From: an uncultured Myxococcales bacterium
GTDB taxonomy: Bacteria > Myxococcota > Myxococcia > Myxococcales > UBA5297
Reading direction: 5' to 3'
DNA length: 64,000 nucleotides
Assembly (NCBI GenBank): GCA_937910285.1
Contig: CALEOC010000027.1
Span: forward strand, 6,725-70,724
The notes beneath the pieces are model-generated. The model was not told the DNA's origin. It was given only the letters and a program-made list of their open reading frames with translations, and searched no databases. Of this stretch, positions 45,625 through 55,448 are shown in pieces. The stretch's first letter is position 1. The number at the start of each line of letters is the position of its first letter. The position numbers were made by a program, and so were the translations under genes.

Positions 45625-46368
45625 ATGTCGGGCCCCAGCCTCGTCCTCTCCTCCGGATTTCTCGCCTTCGCCCGCCACGCCGGCGTCGCGCTCGGCCTCG
45701 AGAGGCTCGCGGTCCGACCCTCGCGAATCTGCGGAGTGAGCTCGGGGGCGCTCGTCGGCGCGTTGCTGGCGGCGGGGCACTCCGCTTCGGCGATCTCGGG
45801 CCTCGTCGCCGGGACCACGCCGCGCTCCTACCTCACCCCGCGCTTCCCGTTCGCCGGCGGGAGCCCGGGGCTCTTCTCGCTCGATCCGCTGGTGACGCTG
45901 CTGCGCGAGAAGCTCCCGCCGCGCTTCGAGGACTTGGAGGTCCCGCTGGCGGTCGGCGTCGTCGAGCGCGCGACCGGAGAGCCGCTGCTCCTCGAATCGG
46001 GACCGCTGCCGGAGGCGGTCGCCGCGAGCTGCGCGGTACCGACCCTCTTCGCCCCCCGCGAGATCGACGGCCGGCTGCTGCTCGACGGAGGCGTCGCCGA
46101 TCGCATCTTCCTCGCCCCGCTGCTCGAGCGACATCCCGCCGAGCACGTCGTCGTCCATCTCGTCGCGCCGTCGCGCTACCGCGCCGAGAAGCGCCAGGCG
46201 AGGGTGCGCGCGCAGCTCGAGGCCGCGGCGGCGCAGGCGCGGGTCACGGTGATCGAGACCGGGCGCAGCGAAGCCTCGCTCTGGTCGCTCGGCGATGTCC
46301 CCCGGCAAATCGAGGAAGCGAGCGCGGCGACGGTCGCGGCGTTTCAGACGGAGGGAGCGGCGGACTGA
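45625..46368 (+). CDS. patatin-like phospholipase
   Basis: Nucleophile elbow GVSSGA, catalytic Asp in LLDGGVAD, and a Gly-rich N-terminus (LSSGFLAF). Confidence 0.8.
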   Translation: MSGPSLVLSSGFLAFARHAGVALGLERLAVRPSRICGVSSGALVGALLAAGHSASAISGLVAGTTPRSYLTPRFPFAGGSPGLFSLDPLVTLLREKLPPRFEDLEVPLAVGVVERATGEPLLLESGPLPEAVAASCAVPTLFAPREIDGRLLLDGGVADRIFLAPLLERHPAEHVVVHLVAPSRYRAEKRQARVRAQLEAAAAQARVTVIETGRSEASLWSLGDVPRQIEEASAATVAAFQTEGAAD

Positions 46369-46460
46369 AGATCCCTCGAGAAATCTCTCTTCGCCTCTCG
46401 ACTTCGGCCTCGCAGACCCGGCCTACGCTCGAGGTGAGCGGGGGGGCAGCCGTCATCGAG
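46365..46460. repeat. dispersed REP/MITE-like intergenic element, copy 7
   Basis: CTCGAGAAATCTCTCTTCGCCTCTCGACTTCGGCCTCGCAGACCCGGCCTACGCTCGAGGTGAGCGGGGGG. Confidence 0.65.
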
Positions 46461-46487
46461 TGACGGCCGCGCCGCCGAGGGGCGTGA

Positions 46488-46985
46488 CTAGAAGCGCTCC
46501 CAGTGCAGCACCTCGTTGAGCGGGCGCTTGGTCGAGATCTGGGGTTGGGCGTCGCTGTAGCCGAGCGCGATCATCGAGACGAGCTTGTAGTCGTCGGGCG
46601 CGAACAGCAGGGTCTTGATGGCGTCGGCGTACGGCTTCTTCTCGCCGGCGACCCAGCACGACTGGATGCCCAGGGCCGCGGCCGCGACGAGCATGGTGCC
46701 CGCCGCGAGGCAGCCGTCCTCGAGGTAGTACTTCGTCGGCTTGCTGAAGATGGCGATGCACGCCGGCGCCTCGGCGATGAAGCTGCCGCCGCCCTCGGTC
46801 AGCTCGGCGATGCGGCGACGGGTGGCGGCGTCGGCGACCACCACGAACTCCCACGGCTGTTCGTTGCGGGCGCTGGGCGCGGCGCGGCCGGCGTTGACGA
46901 TCGACTCGAGGTCGGCGCGGGAGAGCGGCTTGGAGGTGAAGCTGCGCGTGCTGTGGCGGGTCGCGATGGCGGTCAGGGCGTCCAT
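46488..46985 (-). CDS. nitroreductase-family protein
   Basis: I start at MDALTAIATRHSTRSF (ATG complement 46983-46985). Typical text is present (AGRAAPSARNEQPWEFVVV, MLVAAAALGIQSCWV). Confidence 0.85.
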   Translation of the reverse strand: MDALTAIATRHSTRSFTSKPLSRADLESIVNAGRAAPSARNEQPWEFVVVADAATRRRIAELTEGGGSFIAEAPACIAIFSKPTKYYLEDGCLAAGTMLVAAAALGIQSCWVAGEKKPYADAIKTLLFAPDDYKLVSMIALGYSDAQPQISTKRPLNEVLHWERF

Positions 46986-47212
46986 GTCTTCTCCGGCAAA
47001 AGGTTTCGGGCTGTGCCCTATCACGGCCTCGCGCGAGATGGGAGCGCGAGCGTCTTCTTGGCCGTGGGCACGGTGCATGGGCGCGCCGGCCGCCGAGACG
47101 GCGGCCCTACCTTCCTCATCGACGCCGGCCCGCCCCTCCTCAACGCGACGCGCCTTTCTGCAACGAGCCTCACATCTGTCACGACCGCGCAGGCCACCGG
47201 GAGGGCGGTGGC

Positions 47213-47450
47213 CCCTTCTCGACGACGGCGCCCTCGCGACGGCCGACACAAAGGTCGGCCCTCCGGACCGAAGACGCCGCGAACCCTTCTCGACGACCGC
47301 GCCCGCGACGGCCGACACGAAGGTCGGCCCTCCGGACCGAAGACGCCGCGAACCCTTCTCGACGACCGCGCCCTCGACGGCCGACACGAAGGTCGGCCCT
47401 CCGGACCGAGCCCCCACGAACCCTTCTCGACGACCCCGCCCGCTGATGGC
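47213..47450. repeat. approximately 69-bp tandem array (about 3.5 units), each unit with a perfect hairpin
   Basis: CCCTTCTCGACGAC occurs at 47213, 47284, 47353 and 47421. The hairpin GGCCGAC-AC(A/G)AAG-GTCGGCC occurs at 47241-47260, 47310-47329 and 47379-47398. Confidence 0.85.
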
Positions 47451-47550
47451 CGGCCCTCCGGCAGCCGATGCGGCGCGCCGGGGCGAGCCCCGAACGAGCG
47501 GCAGATTTGCCTGCAAAATTCGCTCGTTGTGCATTCCGGGAAGCGAGCGG

Positions 47551-48969
47551 ATGATTCGGCGGTTTGCTTGCCCTACCCCAGTGCACTTGTTAGAAGGGCC
47601 ACCTCCTTTGGGCTTGGGATTGGACCCATCTTTGCGACCCTGCGTTCTGCTCCTCGTATTGGCTTTTTCCGGGGCCGCCTTTGGGCAACCGCCCGCCTCC
47701 GCCGCATTCGATCTCGAGGCTTGCCGCAGCAGCGCCCGCGACCAACACCCTCGGCTCGCCGCGGCCCGGGCTCAAGCGGCGGCCGCCGAAGCCCGCAAAG
47801 CCATCGCCTTCTCCGGGTTCCTGCCCAGCCTCTCCGCCGAGGGATCCTTCACCGCCGTCCGCGGCGCCGGCGGCCAAGCCTCTTTGCGACCGGCTGGAAC
47901 CGAGCCGAGCACGAGCCTGCTCGGCGCTCCGGACTACGAGGTCTGGGGCGCGGGGCTCACCCTGCGGCAGACGATTTGGGACTTCGGACGCACGCTCCAC
48001 GCGCACGGCGCGGCCGCCGCCGCGCAACAGGCCGCCGAGCAGGACGAGCGCATCCTGCTCGAGACCCTCGACGTCGAGGCCGAGGCCGCCTTCCGCACCG
48101 CGATGGCCGCCGACCAGCTCGTCGTGGCGATGGAGGAGGCGAGCGCCCGCGCGGCCTCTCACCTCGCGCGCGCCAGCGCTCGGACCGAGGTCGGCCTGCG
48201 CCCCCGCTACGACGTGAGCCGCGCGGAGGTCGAGGTCTCCAACGCGGCCCTCGCGCTCGTCGCCGCGATGAACGCCCGCGAGCTCGCCCGCGCCCAGCTC
48301 GCCAACGCCTGCGGGCTGGCCGAGCTGCCCGCCGACAGGCCCCTCGTCGTGCCCCCGGCCCGCGCGGTTCCGGAGCTGCCCAAGCTCGAGGAGGCGCTCG
48401 CCGACGCGCTCTCCCGCCGCTCGGAGATCGCCGCCGCGCAGGCGCGGGTCGAGGCCGCCGAGCGCGCGCTCTCGGCCTCCCGCGCGCTCCACCTGCCCTC
48501 GCTCGCGGCCACCGGGACCGTCAACTACCGCGGCTCGGACATCCAGGAGCTCGGCGGTGGCTGGAGTGCGCTCGTGCAGCTCAACGTCCCGCTGCTCGCC
48601 GGCGGGGCCGACAGCGCGCGGGTGCGTGAGGCCGAGGCGAACCTCGCCCTGGCGCGCGCCTCGCTCGAGAACACCCGCCGGCTCGTGCGGCTCGACATCG
48701 AGTCGGCCTTCCTCGCGATGCGCGAGGCGGGCGCGCGCATGGCGGCCGCCAAGGCGCTCGAGGTCTCGGCCTCCGAGGGGATGCAGCTCGCCGAGGTGCG
48801 CTACGAGACCGGCGCGGGCGACGCGCTCGAGCTCGCCGACGCGCAGGCGGCCTTCGCCTCTTCCCGCGCCACCACCGTCCGGGCCGCGCTCGACGCCTCG
48901 GTCGCTGCCGCCCGTCTCGAGCGCGCGCTGGGACAGCGCTCGCCCCCCCCGCGAGAGGTGGAACGATGA
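47551..48969 (+). CDS. TolC-like outer membrane efflux protein
   Basis: I start at MIRRFACP (ATG 47551; the exact start is uncertain). A signal-like segment (CVLLLVLAFSGAAFG) and two OEP repeats rich in Ala/Leu/Arg coiled-coil text are present. A 4-nt overlap links it to the next gene. Confidence 0.8.
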   Translation: MIRRFACPTPVHLLEGPPPLGLGLDPSLRPCVLLLVLAFSGAAFGQPPASAAFDLEACRSSARDQHPRLAAARAQAAAAEARKAIAFSGFLPSLSAEGSFTAVRGAGGQASLRPAGTEPSTSLLGAPDYEVWGAGLTLRQTIWDFGRTLHAHGAAAAAQQAAEQDERILLETLDVEAEAAFRTAMAADQLVVAMEEASARAASHLARASARTEVGLRPRYDVSRAEVEVSNAALALVAAMNARELARAQLANACGLAELPADRPLVVPPARAVPELPKLEEALADALSRRSEIAAAQARVEAAERALSASRALHLPSLAATGTVNYRGSDIQELGGGWSALVQLNVPLLAGGADSARVREAEANLALARASLENTRRLVRLDIESAFLAMREAGARMAAAKALEVSASEGMQLAEVRYETGAGDALELADAQAAFASSRATTVRAALDASVAAARLERALGQRSPPPREVER

Positions 48970-50189
48970 ACCACGGTTGGCGTCTGGCCGGCCCTCTCGG
49001 CCTGGCCCTGATCCTCGTTGCCGGCTGCACCGGCGACCAAGGGCAAGCGGTGAGGAAGGGCCCGAGCGGTCCGCTCGCCGTCCGCACCTTCGAGGTCCGC
49101 CCGGAGATGGTCGAGCAGGAGATCGAGCTGACCGGCACCCTCGGCGGGCTGGAGGAGATCCCGGTTTCGGCCGAGGTCGAGGGACGGGTCGAGAAGGTGC
49201 TCGCCGACCTGGGCGACAAGGTGAAGGCCGGCGAGCCCATCGTGCAGATCGCCGCCGCCGAGCTGCGCCTGAAGGCCGAGCAGGCCGAGGCCGACTACCT
49301 GCAAGCCCTCGCCATGCTCGGCGTCGACGAGCAATCCCTCGACCGCTTCGACGCCTCGACCACCGCCGCGGTGCGCCGGGCGCTCGCCGATCTCGAAGAG
49401 GCCCGCCGCAACCTGCAGCGCGGCGAGGAGGTGATGCGCCGCGGTCTGATGGCCCAGGGCGAGCTCGACCTTCTCCAAACCCGGCTCCGCGTCGCCGAGG
49501 CGGCGCACCAGGCCGCGCTCGAGGAGTCCCGCTCTTCCTACGCCACGGCGCGCAGCCGCAAGGCCGCCGCGGGCCTGGCGCGCAAGAAGCTGCAGGACGC
49601 GGCGGTCCGCTCACCGGTCGACGGGGTGGTCGCCAGCCGCCTCGTCTCGGCCGGCGAGTACGTGCGCGCCGCGCAGGCGGTCGCGGTGGTGGTGGTCACC
49701 GACCCGCTCAAGCTCAAGAGCGACGCCCCGGAGCGCTACGCCACTTCGGTCAAGCCGGGGATGGCGGTCACCGTGACCGTCGGCATCCCGGGCGGCGGCG
49801 GGCACGCCGGCAGGCTCTCGCGCGTCGGGCCCGCCGTCTCGGTCAGCTCGCGCACCTTCCCGGTCGAGGCCCTGGTGCCCAACGAGAGCGGCGCCCTCAA
49901 GCCCGGCCTCTTCGCTCGCGCGCGGATAAGCCTCGGCCAGTCCGAGGAGGTCTTCGCCGTGCCCGAGACCGCCATCTCCAGCCTCGCCGGGGTCACCAAG
50001 GTCTTCGTGCTCGAAGGCGAAAAGGCGAGCGAGCGCAAGATCGAGATCCTCCGCAAGCGCGGCAGCGACGCGCTGCTGGTCGGCGAGCTGAAGGGGGGCG
50101 ACCTGGTCATCGTCACCGGCATCGCGCGGCTGCAGGACGGCCTGAAGGTGCGCGTGGACGGCGGGCCGCAGAGCCCCGGGGAGAGCTGA
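48966..50189 (+). CDS. RND efflux periplasmic adaptor (MFP/HlyD family)
   Basis: It has a lipobox-like N-terminus (LILVAGC), lipoyl/hairpin/beta-barrel organisation and the typical text AVRSPVDGVVASR. Confidence 0.85.
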   Translation: MNHGWRLAGPLGLALILVAGCTGDQGQAVRKGPSGPLAVRTFEVRPEMVEQEIELTGTLGGLEEIPVSAEVEGRVEKVLADLGDKVKAGEPIVQIAAAELRLKAEQAEADYLQALAMLGVDEQSLDRFDASTTAAVRRALADLEEARRNLQRGEEVMRRGLMAQGELDLLQTRLRVAEAAHQAALEESRSSYATARSRKAAAGLARKKLQDAAVRSPVDGVVASRLVSAGEYVRAAQAVAVVVVTDPLKLKSDAPERYATSVKPGMAVTVTVGIPGGGGHAGRLSRVGPAVSVSSRTFPVEALVPNESGALKPGLFARARISLGQSEEVFAVPETAISSLAGVTKVFVLEGEKASERKIEILRKRGSDALLVGELKGGDLVIVTGIARLQDGLKVRVDGGPQSPGES

Positions 50190-53100
50190 TGAACCTCCCC
50201 GAGCTGAGCGTCCGCAGGCCGGTCTTCGCCACCATGCTCACGATGTCGCTGGTGGTGCTCGGGGCCTTCTCGTACCTGCAGCTCGGGGTAGACCTGCTGC
50301 CCAACGTCGAGCTGCCCACCGTCACGATCTTCACCACCCTGCCCGGCGCGGGGCCCGAGGAGATCGAGAGCGCCATCACCCAGCCCATCGAGGAGCAGCT
50401 CAACACCATCGCGGGCATCGAGGAGATGCGCTCGATCAACCGCGAGGGCCGCTCGGTCATCATCCTCACCTTCAGCCTCGACCGCCGCCCGGCCGAGGCG
50501 GTCCAGGACGTCCGCGACAAGCTCGCGCTGGTGGCCCGGCGGCTGCCCGAGGAGACCGACCCGCCGGTGGTCAGCACCTACGACTCGGAGTCGACGCCGA
50601 TCTTGGCGGTCGCGCTCTCGGGCAAGCAGTCGCTGCGCGAGCTGACCGAGTTCGCCGAGACCCGCGTCAAGGACCTGCTGTCGACCGCCCCCGGGGTCGG
50701 GCAGGTGACCATCGACGGCGGGCGCCGGCGCGCCATCAACATCTGGCTCGACGGCCCGCGCCTGCAGGCCTACGGCCTGACCGCGGCCGAGGTGAAGCTC
50801 GCGCTTCAGGCGCAGAACGTGGAGATCCCCGGCGGGCGCGTCTCGCGCGAGGACCGCGAGGACATCCTGCGCACGATGGGCCGCGCCGAGGACGTCAAGG
50901 CGTTCGAAGAGTTCGTCGTCGCCACCGCCAAGGAGAGCGGGGCCCCGGTGCTCTTGCGCGACGTGGCGGTGGTCGAGGACGGCACCGAGGAGCCGCGCGG
51001 CTCGGCGCGCCTCAACGGCACCGACGCGGTGGTGCTCGTCGTCCAGAAGCAGAGCGGCGCCAACCTCCTCGCGACCGCCCGCGAGCTGCACCGGCGCCTC
51101 GACGACCTGCGGCCGAGCCTGCCGGCCGGCAGCGAGATGCTGGTGCTGCGCGACTCGGCGGTCTTCGTCGGGCAGAGCGCCAACGAGGCGGGCAAGCACC
51201 TGGTCATGGGCGCCATCCTCGCCGCGCTCTCGGTGCTCCTCTTCATGGGCTCGTGGCGCTCCACGCTCATCGCCGCGGTGGCCATCCCCGCGAGCCTCAT
51301 CGCCACCTTCAGCGCGATGCGCGCCTTCGGCTTCACGCTCAACAACATCACCCTGCTCGCGCTCACCCTGGCCATCGGGGTGGTCATCGACGACGCCATC
51401 GTGGTCGTCGAGAACATCCACCGACACATGACCACCCGGAAGATCTCGGCGGTCCAGGCGGCCATCGAGGGCGCCAAGGAGATCACCCTCGCGGTCACCG
51501 CGACCAGCTTGTCGCTCGTGGTCATCTTCCTGCCGATAGCCTTCATGTCCGGCCAGATCGGCGAGCTCTTCTCCTCCTACGGCATCACCGTGGCGGTCGC
51601 GGTGCTCGTCTCGCTGTTCATCTCGCTCAGCCTCACCCCGATGCTCGCCTCGCGCTTCCTCGGCAAGGAGCGCCACCACCAGCCGACCGGCATCGCCGCC
51701 CTTCCGAACCGGATGATGGCCCTGCTCGACGGCGTCTACGCCCGGCTGGTCGGCTGGTCGCTGCGCCACCGGGCGGTCGTCGCCCTCGCCGCGCTGGCGT
51801 GCGTCGGGGCCACGGTTCCGCTCTTCACCAGCATCGGCAAGGACTTCCTGCCCGAGGACGACCAGAGCGAGTTCGAGATCACCATGAACCTGCCCACCGG
51901 CACCTCGTACCAGGCCGGTGACCGGCTGATGCGCGAGATCGAGCCGCTGGTGGCGGCCCTGCCCGCGGTCAAGGACGTGCTCGCCACCGTCGGCGACACC
52001 CGCGGTACCTCCGGCGTCGCCACCCGCGCCAGCCTCTACGTCGGCCTCGTGCCCATCGCCGAGCGCGAGCAGTCTCAGCAGGAGATCATGGGGCTCGCCC
52101 GCCGCATCTTCGCCCGCTACCCGGACCTGCGCGTCTCCATCCGCGGCATCAACACCGGCAACCTCGGCCGCGGCCACGGCGGCAAGGTGCGGGTGGCCCT
52201 GCGCGGCCCCGATCTCGATCAGCTCGAGGAGTACCTCGGGCGGCTCGTCCCCGCGATGCGCGAAGACCCGGCCTTCGTGGACGTCTCCAGCGACTCGGCC
52301 GACCGGCTGCCCGAGGTGCAGGTCCACCTCGACCGACAGAAGGCCGCCTCGCTCGGGCTCGATCCCCAGGTGGTCGCCGAGACGCTGCGCACCTTGGTCG
52401 GCGGCGAGATAGTCACCTGGTATCGCGAGGGTGACGAGCGCTACGACGTGTGGCTGCGCGCCCGCCTGGAGGACCGCGACGGCATCCCCACCATCTCACG
52501 GCTGCCGCTGCGCACCCGGGACGGCAGCCTCATCCCACTCGAGAACCTCGCCACGCTCGAGGAGAAGGCTGGCGCGACCGTGATCTTGCGCCTCAACGGC
52601 ATGCGGCAGGTCTTCGTCTCGGCCAACCCCGCTCCCGGCGTGCCGCTCGCCGACGCCGTGGCCCGAGGCGAGCAGCTCGTCAGCGAGCTGAACATGGCGC
52701 CCGGCTACGACCTGCTGTTCCTCGGCGACGCGGAGACGATGGCCGAGACCGCGACCGAGTTCATCGCCGCGCTGCTGCTGGCGCTGCTCTTCGTCTACAT
52801 GGTGCTCGCCGCGCAGTTCGAGAGCTTCCTGCACCCGGTGACCATCCTGCTGGCGCTGCCGCTGACGCTGCCGTTCGCGCTGCTCGCGCTGCATCTGACC
52901 GGCGAGACGCTCAACGTCTACTCGATCCTCGGGCTGTTCATGCTGCTGGGGATAGTGAAGAAGAACGGCATCCTGCAGGTGGACTACACCAACACGCTGC
53001 TCGCTCAGGGCCTGGCGCCGCGCGAGGCGATCCTCGAGGCCAACCGCGCGCGCCTGCGACCGATCCTGATGACCACGCTCACCCTGATCGCCGCGATGAC

Positions 53101-53314
53101 CCCGATGACCCTGGGCACCGGCCCGGGCTCGGCCTCGCGCGCCGCGCTCGCCAAGGTGATCGTCGGCGGCCAGGCGCTCGCGCTCTTGATCACCCTGCTC
53201 ATCGTGCCGGTGGCCTACTCGTTCTTCGACGAGGTACAGCGCAAGATCGCCCGGCGCCGCGGGCCGACGGCGCTCGACGAGCCTTCCGACGAGTCGATGC
53301 CCCGGACGGCGTAG
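50189..53314 (+). CDS. RND efflux pump inner-membrane permease (AcrB-like)
   Basis: The ATG overlaps the adaptor stop (TGATG). The N-terminus MNLPELSVRRPVFATMLTM is typical. It has 12-TM architecture and a length of 1041 aa. Confidence 0.95.
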   Translation: MNLPELSVRRPVFATMLTMSLVVLGAFSYLQLGVDLLPNVELPTVTIFTTLPGAGPEEIESAITQPIEEQLNTIAGIEEMRSINREGRSVIILTFSLDRRPAEAVQDVRDKLALVARRLPEETDPPVVSTYDSESTPILAVALSGKQSLRELTEFAETRVKDLLSTAPGVGQVTIDGGRRRAINIWLDGPRLQAYGLTAAEVKLALQAQNVEIPGGRVSREDREDILRTMGRAEDVKAFEEFVVATAKESGAPVLLRDVAVVEDGTEEPRGSARLNGTDAVVLVVQKQSGANLLATARELHRRLDDLRPSLPAGSEMLVLRDSAVFVGQSANEAGKHLVMGAILAALSVLLFMGSWRSTLIAAVAIPASLIATFSAMRAFGFTLNNITLLALTLAIGVVIDDAIVVVENIHRHMTTRKISAVQAAIEGAKEITLAVTATSLSLVVIFLPIAFMSGQIGELFSSYGITVAVAVLVSLFISLSLTPMLASRFLGKERHHQPTGIAALPNRMMALLDGVYARLVGWSLRHRAVVALAALACVGATVPLFTSIGKDFLPEDDQSEFEITMNLPTGTSYQAGDRLMREIEPLVAALPAVKDVLATVGDTRGTSGVATRASLYVGLVPIAEREQSQQEIMGLARRIFARYPDLRVSIRGINTGNLGRGHGGKVRVALRGPDLDQLEEYLGRLVPAMREDPAFVDVSSDSADRLPEVQVHLDRQKAASLGLDPQVVAETLRTLVGGEIVTWYREGDERYDVWLRARLEDRDGIPTISRLPLRTRDGSLIPLENLATLEEKAGATVILRLNGMRQVFVSANPAPGVPLADAVARGEQLVSELNMAPGYDLLFLGDAETMAETATEFIAALLLALLFVYMVLAAQFESFLHPVTILLALPLTLPFALLALHLTGETLNVYSILGLFMLLGIVKKNGILQVDYTNTLLAQGLAPREAILEANRARLRPILMTTLTLIAAMTPMTLGTGPGSASRAALAKVIVGGQALALLITLLIVPVAYSFFDEVQRKIARRRGPTALDEPSDESMPRTA

Positions 53315-53517
53315 GCGCGCGCCGTCCCATCAGCCCCAGCGAATCGAGGGCGCGCCCGTCCGAGAGCGCCTCGCGTCGAAAGTGGTCCGCGGGCGATTCG
53401 GAGAGCCTCTCGGCTCCTGCTCGTCGAACCGGAACACGCGAAAGCCAGGCTCTCCAAGCCCACCTTCGTCCGGGACCGGAGACGAGGTTGCTCGAGCCGG
53501 ATCGGCCGTGGCCGGAC

Positions 53518-54120
53518 CTAACGTCTCGTCCGCCTCGCTACCGCACGGGCGAAATCGCCTTGGAGGTCCTTGCCCCGGTGGAAGCCGCGGCGCTCGACGA
53601 GCTCGAGGGCCAGTCTGGCCTGTTCGAGCTCCTCCTCGCCGCATCGTTCCAGGAGGGAGCGGATGTCGGCTGCGTCCTGCGGCCGGTCCTCGTCGTGCGC
53701 CAGAACCTTGAGCGCGAGGAGGTGGGCGCGCGTCGCAACCGGCACGACAAGACCGGGCAGCAGCTCGAGCGAATCAGCCTGACTGACAACCTCTTGCTCG
53801 ATTCCTGACGAGGCAAAGAGCAGGTCGAGCACCACCCCTCGGGGCCCGCTGCCCGGACAAGCGAGGCGGATGGTCGCGAGCCGTTGCTGTGCTTCCTGCT
53901 CAACCGAGGCGAGGATCCGATAACCGCGCTGCGCGAGAAGGAATGACAGCCGCTCGGCCTCTCGATCGCTCTCCACGGCGACCGCGACGTCGACGTCGCG
54001 GGTGAAACGCGGCTCGCTGCGAGCCGAAACCGCCAGGCCCCCGACGAGCGTCCAAGGCGCAGCTCCGATCTCATCGAGGTCTTCGGCAATCCCGCGGAGC
54101 GCCCTCTCGGCCCGATTCAC
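53518..54120 (-). CDS. nucleotidyltransferase-fold protein (AbiEii/MNT-like, toxin-antitoxin-type)
   Basis: The NTase signature region is LVGGLAVSARSEPRFTRDVDVAV. Length is about 200 aa. A 4-nt overlap links it to a small upstream ORF. Confidence 0.55.
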   Translation of the reverse strand: MNRAERALRGIAEDLDEIGAAPWTLVGGLAVSARSEPRFTRDVDVAVAVESDREAERLSFLLAQRGYRILASVEQEAQQRLATIRLACPGSGPRGVVLDLLFASSGIEQEVVSQADSLELLPGLVVPVATRAHLLALKVLAHDEDRPQDAADIRSLLERCGEEELEQARLALELVERRGFHRGKDLQGDFARAVARRTRR

Positions 54121-54338
54121 GGCAACCGCCCCGGGCGTCCCGGGGCGTCACCGTACTCGGCGCCCGGGCGCTTCTGCAGCCAGGCGACGAGCAGCTCCTC
54201 GATCTCGGCCTCGCTGGCCTCCGGGTGCTCCCGCCGCAGGTTCTGACGCATCATCGCTTCGCCGAGCTCGTACAGATCCATCGTCAGCTCGAAGCGCTCT
54301 CGAATCTCTTGGCGTTCCTGCTCGATCATCGGCGGCAT
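54117..54338 (-). CDS. small helical protein, putative partner (antitoxin-like) of the nucleotidyltransferase
   Basis: I start at MPPMIEQERQEIRERFE (ATG complement 54336-54338). It is 73 aa long, charged and helical in composition, and translationally coupled to the downstream NTase gene. Confidence 0.45.
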   Translation of the reverse strand: MPPMIEQERQEIRERFELTMDLYELGEAMMRQNLRREHPEASEAEIEELLVAWLQKRPGAEYGDAPGRPGRLP

Positions 54339-54369
54339 TGTAGCCGTACGGCCTGCCTGCAAGCGGCCC

Positions 54370-54530
54370 GGTTCAAGGTCGCAGCCGGCAAGACGACCGA
54401 CGAAGGGATCGGGGCGATCCGGCGGGCCCTCGGCTTCGGCCTCGCAGGCTCGGCCTACGCTCGGGCTGAGCGGGGGGAGCCGGGCGCTCGTCGACTGCCC
54501 TGTCAGTTCAAGGTCACAGCCGGGCGGGGC
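54370..54530. repeat. dispersed REP/MITE-like intergenic element, copy 8, flanked by GTTCAAGGTC(G/A)CAGCCGG direct repeats
   Basis: GGCCTCGCAGGCTCGGCCTACGCTCGGGCTGAGCGGGGGG (54439-54478) lies between GGTTCAAGGTCGCAGCCGGC (54370-54389) and AGTTCAAGGTCACAGCCGGG (54505-54524). The latter motif also occurs at about 45564-45583. Confidence 0.65.
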
Positions 54531-55359
54531 CCGGTGCAAAGCTCGGGGTGAGCGGGTGGCGAGTCGGAGGATGCGCTCTCCGTCCTGCCAGGCCGCGGTC
54601 CACGACGACCACGTCTAGTCTGCCGACCGGCCGGGCTCGGCCGCCGAGCTGCAGATTCACCGATTGGCCACCGATGCGGCTCACCTGGCCCAGCGTCGCC
54701 TGGATAGGCACCGACCAGCGTTCGCCCTCGGGGCTCTCCCAATCGACACGGCTCTCCGAGTCGAGCCCGAGGTTCACGCCGTTGGGGGTCGTGTAGGCGA
54801 CCGTTGGGCGGATGACGCTCCGCTGCACCTCCTTGCGGCCCGCGCTCTCGCTCACCGAGCGTAAGTGCTGGACGAGGAGGCTGCCGGTCCATGCTTCGCC
54901 TTGGAAGACGACGGTGCCCGCGCCTCCCAGGCCGAACGCCCCGGCACCGAGGGCCTGCCGGGTGGCCGAAGGGACGAGCATCGCGGGGCCGACCCCCCAC
55001 CGCAGCCACTTCGTTTCGACGGGCGCCAACAACAGCCGCAAGACCGCGTCGCCCAAGCCGTTGATGCGATCGCTCTGCGGGTCGGGTGGAGGCGCCGATT
55101 GGAGCGGGAGAACGCCCCACACGATGAGCTTCAAGCTGCGCCCGAGGTGCAAGGGGAGCTGCGGCTGGGCGGTGAGGCGAATGTCGCTCACACCGGTGTC
55201 GCCGACGCCGAGGTCGACGTCGTGAAAGAGGGCGACTTGCGCCAGGTCGGAGACAGGATCCTAGAGCTGCTCGGCGAGCCTTCCCTCTTCGGGCTCGGAA
55301 GGTGCGGCGGCGACGGCCGGTAGCGCCACGAGAAGAAGGAAGAGCTGCCGGGACGCCAT
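54514..55359 (-). pseudogene. outer-membrane beta-barrel-like protein gene interrupted by an in-frame TAG
   Basis: A signal peptide ORF (MASRQLFLLLVALPAVAAAPSEPEEG..., ATG complement 55357-55359) is in the same frame as the 54514..55191 ORF. The two are separated by a single TAG (complement of 55258-55260). The downstream text alternates in a beta-strand-like way (SDIRLTAQPQLPLHL..., VAYTTPNGVNLGLDSESRVDWE...). The family assignment is tentative. Confidence 0.4.
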
Positions 55360-55448
55360 GCCGAGGAGGCTGCGACCCCTCGTTGATCCCTGCAAGGCTC
55401 CGCCCGGCCGCGCGCGGTCAGACCGGGGCGGCAGAAGTCCGAATGGAC

